The notes beneath the pieces were generated by a model. It was given only the letters and a program-made list of their open reading frames with translations, did no database searches and was not told the DNA's origin. Below are positions 58,729-64,000 of a DNA stretch of 64,000 nt, piece by piece. Source of the stretch: Candidatus Cloacimonadales bacterium (GTDB lineage Bacteria > Cloacimonadota > Cloacimonadia > Cloacimonadales > JAIOQZ01); contig CAXXTU010000002.1 of assembly GCA_963662655.2 (NCBI GenBank), positions 2,496,001-2,560,000 of the forward strand, in the 5' to 3' direction. The translations under genes and the position numbers were made by a program. The stretch's first letter is position 1; every line of letters starts with the position of its first letter.

Positions 58729-61425
58729 ATGAAACAGACGTATCGAATTCTCATTGCCGACGACGAAATGCACGTCCTTGCCACGTTCAGCAAGGTACTG
58801 AAGCAGAGAATAAAAAATGCCGACAAGATCAATGAGCTGAAAGAACTGGAAAAGAGTCTCTTTGATCATGAAGAAGACCCACTGCTGAAATTCGATTATG
58901 ATCTGACCCTGTGCGAGCAAGGCAACCAGGCTGTCGACGCTGTGAAAAAAGCGATCGAGGAGGACGATCCATTCTCGATCGTATTCCTGGATGTCCGCAT
59001 GCCACCCGGAATCGACGGCATCGAAGCTGCCGAACAAATCCGGGCGATCGATCAGGATATCGAAATCGTTATCGTCACGGCTTTTGCTGACACGAACGTT
59101 GACGATGTATGCAGGAGAATCCCACCACTCGACAAACTTCTCTTCATCCTCAAGCCTTTCCATCCGATCGAAGTTGTGCAATTCACGGCAGCGCTGGTTA
59201 CCAAATGGGAAAACGAGCGCAACCTGAGAATCCTCCACGGGCAAATGGAAGAAGAGCTGAAATTCCGCGAAGACAACATCATGATCCTGTACGAGAAGCT
59301 TCAGAATGACATTCAACGCCGCAAGCGATACGAGAAACAACTCGAGCGACACGCGATTGTCTTCGAGACCATGGATGAGGCAGTCCTGATCTCCGACACC
59401 GAAGGTAAACTGATTGACGCGAACGAGTCGTTCGAAAAAATATATGGATACACCAAGCAGGATTTCCTTGGGAAGCGGCTGGACATCATGCATCCGGACG
59501 GCACCAGCATCGTCGACACGATTTTGAGAAACCTGAAGAATGAAGGTTCCTGGGTCGGGGAGCTTCCGATCGTCCGCAAGAACGGTCGCAAAGGCTGGGT
59601 AAGAGTCAACGTAAAAGAATATTACGATGAGCATCAAAAACTCATCGGGTACCTCAGCGTGAATCGGGACATCACGGAAAACAAGCGTGCCTTCGATATT
59701 ATGAAGCAGCAGAAGAACCTGATGGAAGATGTCTTCACCCGCATCCACGAGGGTATTGGATTCGTGAACGAGAAGGAGGACTTCATTTTCGTGAATCCGT
59801 CCTTTGCCCGAATCTTCGAGACGTCGGTCGAGAGCCTGATCGGAAACAACCTCTCAGAATACCTAGAAGATATCGATCAATCGATGATCGACGAACAAAC
59901 GAGCCAGCGCAAGCGAAACCTGATAAGCACCTACGAACTCAACATCAAGACGAAAAAGGGCAATAAAAGAACAATTCAGGTAAGCGCATACCCGCGTAAG
60001 GACGTCAACGGAGCTTATCTTGGAGCGTTCGGCGTTATACAAGATATCACGGAACAAAAGCGCTTGAAGGAACAATTTCTGCAATCGCAGAAGATGGAAG
60101 CGATGGGCAGGCTCGCTGGCGGTATCGCGCACGATTTCAACAACCTCCTCACCATTATCAGAGGAAGCAGCGAACTGCTCCGCACTCGCATTCCGGAAGA
60201 CCTCGAACACGACTTCCTCGAAGAGATCGTAAAGGCCTCCGACCAGGCCAAGCTCCTCGTCGATCAGCTGCTTTTGTTCAGCCGCAAACAGACGACTCAG
60301 ACAGAGATTATACAGGTCAATAACATCATCGAGGAGACACACTCGCTGCTGAAACGAATACTGGGCGTGAACATCGCCTTCGAAGTGCATCTCGATCCGG
60401 AAATAGGTCTGGTCGAGGTCGATTCGGGGCAGATCAAGCAGATCATGATGAACCTGGCGGTCAATTCGCGCGATGCAATGCCGACAGGTGGCAAAATTAC
60501 ACTGACGACCCGCAATATCGAAATCGATGAGAAGTTGCAGGGCACGATCCAGGGATCGCGGCCCGGGAGTTTTGTCAGCGTCAGCTTCAAGGATACGGGC
60601 AAGGGAATTCCGGAGGACGTCATTCCACAGATTTTCGAGCCGTTCTTCACCACGAAGGAGGCGGGACATGGTACCGGCCTGGGGCTCTCGACAATCTTCG
60701 GTATCATACAGAAACACAACGGATGGATCAATGTTGAAAGCAAGGTGAATCAGGGAACCTGTTTCACGTTTTACATCCCCCGCATCGATAGCGATTTCGT
60801 GCACCAGGAACAGGAAAACCAGCTCATCGTCGAATTGAAGGGAAAAGGAGAAACAGTCCTCGTCGTGCAGGAGAATCACTCCGTGCGCGAATTCACCTCC
60901 AAAGCGCTGCAAGAAAACGGTTACAGAACCTATACCGAAAGCAACGCACTGGGAGCGAGAAACTGCTTCAACAAGAACAAAGCGGAGATCGATATTGTCG
61001 TATCGGACGTGAATCTCTCCGATTCGACCGGCATGTTCATCATCAATGAGATGATATCTCAGAAGCCAACCCTCAAGGCCGTGCTCACAAGCGGATTCGT
61101 GGGCGAGGACGAGAAGCTCGACCTCATTGAAAGCCTGCAAGTTCCACTCCTGCTGAAGCCGTACACCATTAAGGAAATGCTGGTCGCGCTCAAGCAGAGC
61201 CAGAAGTCCGACATCGACCTCGAAGACTATTGCGAGCTTTATGAGATATGCAACTTCATCAATCCGAAGAACCCTGAGCAACACCAGATTATCGACGGCT
61301 GGAAACGGATGTTCTGCAAAAACCTGGTGAAATCGGAACGCTGTAAGCGGAAGAAGTATTTCTTCGAAACCGGCAAGCAACCCGAGCCCAACATGACGCC
61401 CACGGGGAATTATCTGGAAGAGTGA
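58729..61425 (+). CDS. Hybrid histidine kinase REC-PAS-PAS-HisKA-HATPase-REC plus Cys-rich tail
   Basis: ILIADDE..FLDVRMPPG..KPF; two PAS ending DITE; AGGIAHDFNN; NLAVNSRDAM; DTGKG; GTGLGL. Confidence 0.93.
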   Translation: MKQTYRILIADDEMHVLATFSKVLKQRIKNADKINELKELEKSLFDHEEDPLLKFDYDLTLCEQGNQAVDAVKKAIEEDDPFSIVFLDVRMPPGIDGIEAAEQIRAIDQDIEIVIVTAFADTNVDDVCRRIPPLDKLLFILKPFHPIEVVQFTAALVTKWENERNLRILHGQMEEELKFREDNIMILYEKLQNDIQRRKRYEKQLERHAIVFETMDEAVLISDTEGKLIDANESFEKIYGYTKQDFLGKRLDIMHPDGTSIVDTILRNLKNEGSWVGELPIVRKNGRKGWVRVNVKEYYDEHQKLIGYLSVNRDITENKRAFDIMKQQKNLMEDVFTRIHEGIGFVNEKEDFIFVNPSFARIFETSVESLIGNNLSEYLEDIDQSMIDEQTSQRKRNLISTYELNIKTKKGNKRTIQVSAYPRKDVNGAYLGAFGVIQDITEQKRLKEQFLQSQKMEAMGRLAGGIAHDFNNLLTIIRGSSELLRTRIPEDLEHDFLEEIVKASDQAKLLVDQLLLFSRKQTTQTEIIQVNNIIEETHSLLKRILGVNIAFEVHLDPEIGLVEVDSGQIKQIMMNLAVNSRDAMPTGGKITLTTRNIEIDEKLQGTIQGSRPGSFVSVSFKDTGKGIPEDVIPQIFEPFFTTKEAGHGTGLGLSTIFGIIQKHNGWINVESKVNQGTCFTFYIPRIDSDFVHQEQENQLIVELKGKGETVLVVQENHSVREFTSKALQENGYRTYTESNALGARNCFNKNKAEIDIVVSDVNLSDSTGMFIINEMISQKPTLKAVLTSGFVGEDEKLDLIESLQVPLLLKPYTIKEMLVALKQSQKSDIDLEDYCELYEICNFINPKNPEQHQIIDGWKRMFCKNLVKSERCKRKKYFFETGKQPEPNMTPTGNYLEE

Positions 61426-61518
61426 GGAGGCGCGATCCCGCCAACCTCATGTCCGCCCATAAGATAAATATCTTGACGTGTTTTCGATGCTGGAAATCAT
61501 GACACGCAATAAGGAAAA

Positions 61519-61659
61519 AAGAAGCGTCTGCTTCTACCTTGCGGTTCGCTAGCACCCGCTGAAAAAGCGGGGAGATACTTGTAAGGTCTGATACTAACGA
61601 GATATATCGTCATAAATATATCCGAAGCAGGCGCATTGTGTGCGCCTGCTTCTTTTTTT
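61519..61659 (+). promoter_or_regulatory. L20-type ribosomal protein leader (attenuator) upstream of infC-rpmI-rplT
   Basis: AGAAGC-GTCT-GCTTCT-ACC..GGT. GCGTCTGCTTC can pair with GAAGCAGGCGC, the 5' arm of terminator GAAGCAGGCGCA..TGCGCCTGCTTC-T7. Confidence 0.8.
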
Positions 61660-61681
61660 AACCCAAACCTGGAGGTGTCCA

Positions 61682-62278
61682 ATAATACGAATTAGAAAAG
61701 GCAAGGCCAAAACCAAGGCCGTGATCCCAAAAGAGCGGGTCAATCGTCAGATTACCGCCCGAGAAGTACGTTTGATCGACAAAGACGGAGAACAGGTAGG
61801 CGTCGTGGATACCCGCGAGGCAATACGCCGTGCGGAAGAAGCCGGACTGGACCTGGTGGAAGTTTCTCCCAAGGCTGTGCCGCCCGTTTGTCGTATTCTC
61901 GAATTCAGCAAGTACTATTACCAGAAAGAACGTCGTGCCCGTGAGGCGAAGAAGAAACAACACACCGTTCAGATCAAAGAGATCAAGTTCGGGCCAAACA
62001 CCGAAGAACACGACTATAATTTCAAGAAGAAAAACACGGTCAAATTCCTCAAGGGACATGACAAAGTCAAGCTGACCGTTCGTTTCCGCGGCAGACAGCT
62101 CGCCCACAAAGAACTGGGCTACGATCTGCTGAACAAACTCAAAGAAGAATTGAAGGAAATTGTCGACGTTGATCGTGATATCAACAGCGAAGGACGTACC
62201 ATTTTTATGATCGTCTCGCCGAAAAAAGAGATCGACTCCCTCGTGGAAGCCTGGGAAGAAGAACACATCGAAGATTAA
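61682..62278 (+). CDS. infC: Translation initiation factor IF-3 (non-canonical start, probably ATA)
   Basis: VN.QI...EVRLI, GLDLVEV, PPVCRI, KEIKF.P, FRGR; GGAGG at 61671-61675. Confidence 0.95.
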   Translation: MIRIRKGKAKTKAVIPKERVNRQITAREVRLIDKDGEQVGVVDTREAIRRAEEAGLDLVEVSPKAVPPVCRILEFSKYYYQKERRAREAKKKQHTVQIKEIKFGPNTEEHDYNFKKKNTVKFLKGHDKVKLTVRFRGRQLAHKELGYDLLNKLKEELKEIVDVDRDINSEGRTIFMIVSPKKEIDSLVEAWEEEHIED

Positions 62279-62323
62279 TCATCGACAAGGATTTCGATAG
62301 ATATACTTGAAGAGGAGGATGAA

Positions 62324-62518
62324 ATGCCTAAGCTGAAAACAAGAAAAGGCGCATCGGAACGCTTTAAACTTACCGCATCCGGTAAGCTGAAAAGAAATCA
62401 CGCAAACCATGGTCACATCCTGACCAAGAAGACTCGGAAGCTGAAACGCAACCTGACCCAAACCGCGATTGTTGCCAAGGCGGATGTACCGAGAATAAAA
62501 AAGATGATGGGCGTATAG
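62324..62518 (+). CDS. rpmI: 50S ribosomal protein L35
   Basis: MPKLKT.KGA..RFK.T.SGK. Confidence 0.97.
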   Translation: MPKLKTRKGASERFKLTASGKLKRNHANHGHILTKKTRKLKRNLTQTAIVAKADVPRIKKMMGV

Positions 62519-62527
62519 GAGGATACC

Positions 62528-62893
62528 ATGCCGCGTTCAGTAAACAATGTAGCAGCGAAAAGAAGAAAGAAAAAAATACTGAAAGCCGCCAAAGGCTATT
62601 TCGGTGGACGTAGTAAACTGTATCGTACCGCTCGCCAGGCCGTGGAAAAAGGCTGGCAATACGCTTATCGCGATCGCAAAGCCAAAAAGAGAGACTTCCG
62701 TCGCCTGTGGATCATCCGCATCAACGCAGCCGCTCGCCTCAACGGTCTTTCCTACAGCAGATTCATCAACGGACTGCACAACGCCGAGATCAACATCGAT
62801 CGTAAAGCGCTGGCACACCTCGCGGTGCACGAGCCGGACGCATTTGCAAAGCTTTGCGAAGTTGTGAAAGCCCAACCACAGCCTGCAGAATAA
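62528..62893 (+). CDS. rplT: 50S ribosomal protein L20
   Basis: AKGYFG.RS, YAYRDRK.KKRDFR.LWI.RINAA. Confidence 0.98.
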   Translation: MPRSVNNVAAKRRKKKILKAAKGYFGGRSKLYRTARQAVEKGWQYAYRDRKAKKRDFRRLWIIRINAAARLNGLSYSRFINGLHNAEINIDRKALAHLAVHEPDAFAKLCEVVKAQPQPAE

Positions 62894-62947
62894 CCGAGAA
62901 ATTCGATAGACAAGAGTCTCAACAAGCCAAACACACAGGATTGGACC

Positions 62948-63967
62948 TTGAAAGATAAACTTGATGCGATTCTGCGCTTGGCGCAGGACGAGATCAAGGC
63001 TGTGCAGTCGCAGCACGATCTCAATATGCTCAAATCGAAATATCTGGGAAAGAAAAGTGAGCTTTCCGAGCTTCTGAAACAGCTTGGCACCCTTCCCAAG
63101 GAAGAAAGGCCGGCTTTCGGCCAGGTGATCAATCAGGCCAAGAAGCATGTAGAAACACTGCTGAAAGAGCAGGCGGAAGCGCTTCAGGATTTCCTTTATC
63201 AGAAATCCATCGAAGAAGCGAAAATCGATATAACCATGCCGGGGCGTCATCGTGGAAGAGGATCTCTGCATCCCATCACCATGGCGACCCGTCTGATCGA
63301 AGACGTTAGCATGTCGCTCGGTTTCGAAGTGGCCGAGGGATACGACATCGAAGACGAATACCACAACTTCGACGCCCTCAACACGCCGCAGGATCACCCC
63401 GCGAGAAACCTTTCGGATACATTCTACATCGAGGACGACGTTCTGCTCAGAACCCAGACCTCGACCGTGCAGATCCGGGTTATGCAAAGCCATAAACCGC
63501 CGATCCGTATCATCTCACCCGGGCGCACTTACCGCAACGACAACGACGCGTCACACTCGCCGGCGTTCAGCCAGGTGGAGATGCTCGTGGTCGATAAAGG
63601 CGTTACATTCGTCGATCTTCGCGACATGCTCAACATGTTCGTTCAGAGGATTTTCAGCGACAAGATCAGCTCCCGCTTCCGTCCCCACTTCTTCCCCTTC
63701 ACCGAACCCAGCGCCGAGATGGACATCGTCTGCGTGGCCTGCGAAGGCAAGGGATGCCCGCTCTGCAAAGGCACGGGCTGGCTGGAAATGGGCGGAGCCG
63801 GAATGGTCGATCCCAACGTCTTGAAAGAATGCGATATCGATCCCGAAATCTATTCGGGGTACGCCTTCGGACTGGGCATCGAGCGCATCGCCATGCTCAA
63901 GTACAAGATTCCGGATATGAGAATGCTGTTTGAGAACGACCTCCGTTTCCTCAGGCAGTTCCGTTAA
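62948..63967 (+). CDS. pheS: Phenylalanine--tRNA ligase alpha subunit
   Basis: HNFDALN, HPAR, LLRTQTS, FPFTEPS, AFGLGIER; TTG start. Confidence 0.97.
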   Translation: MKDKLDAILRLAQDEIKAVQSQHDLNMLKSKYLGKKSELSELLKQLGTLPKEERPAFGQVINQAKKHVETLLKEQAEALQDFLYQKSIEEAKIDITMPGRHRGRGSLHPITMATRLIEDVSMSLGFEVAEGYDIEDEYHNFDALNTPQDHPARNLSDTFYIEDDVLLRTQTSTVQIRVMQSHKPPIRIISPGRTYRNDNDASHSPAFSQVEMLVVDKGVTFVDLRDMLNMFVQRIFSDKISSRFRPHFFPFTEPSAEMDIVCVACEGKGCPLCKGTGWLEMGGAGMVDPNVLKECDIDPEIYSGYAFGLGIERIAMLKYKIPDMRMLFENDLRFLRQFR

Positions 63968-64000
63968 TTGTTTTATTCATTCAAACAAACTCTCCAGCGG

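Overview
Bacterial chromosomal window, mostly about 50-55% GC by eye. It is probably from Candidatus Cloacimonadota or a related FCB-group anaerobe; this is inferred from several large acidic secreted proteins ending in a FlgD-Ig/PNPFNP...LLLK C-terminal domain. Housekeeping genes: truA, mscS, gpsA, ndk, tpx, ogt, smpB, acyP, ptb, rlmH, cdd, trxB, tldD/tldE, infC-rpmI-rplT-pheS with an L20-type leader, and a tRNA Lys-Glu-Glu-Glu cluster. The window also holds two PTS-EIIA fusion transport loci, an ECF sigma/anti-sigma/Spy module, a TPR sigma-54 activator, a two-kinase locus and five large secreted modular proteins. The main unexplained signals are: (1) two diverged copies of an intergenic element that folds into a near-perfect four-way junction with compensatory base changes (45133-45273, 49817-49955); (2) a readable sigma-54 circuit (activator, three palindromic enhancer sites, IHF-like tract, -24/-12 promoter) upstream of a pseudo-receiver and a secreted protein; (3) a candidate sigma-54-dependent sRNA with an anti-Shine-Dalgarno loop; (4) two different C-terminal domain classes, and Arg-rich cargo-insertion loops, in the secreted proteins. 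No CRISPR array, transposase or integrase was seen.
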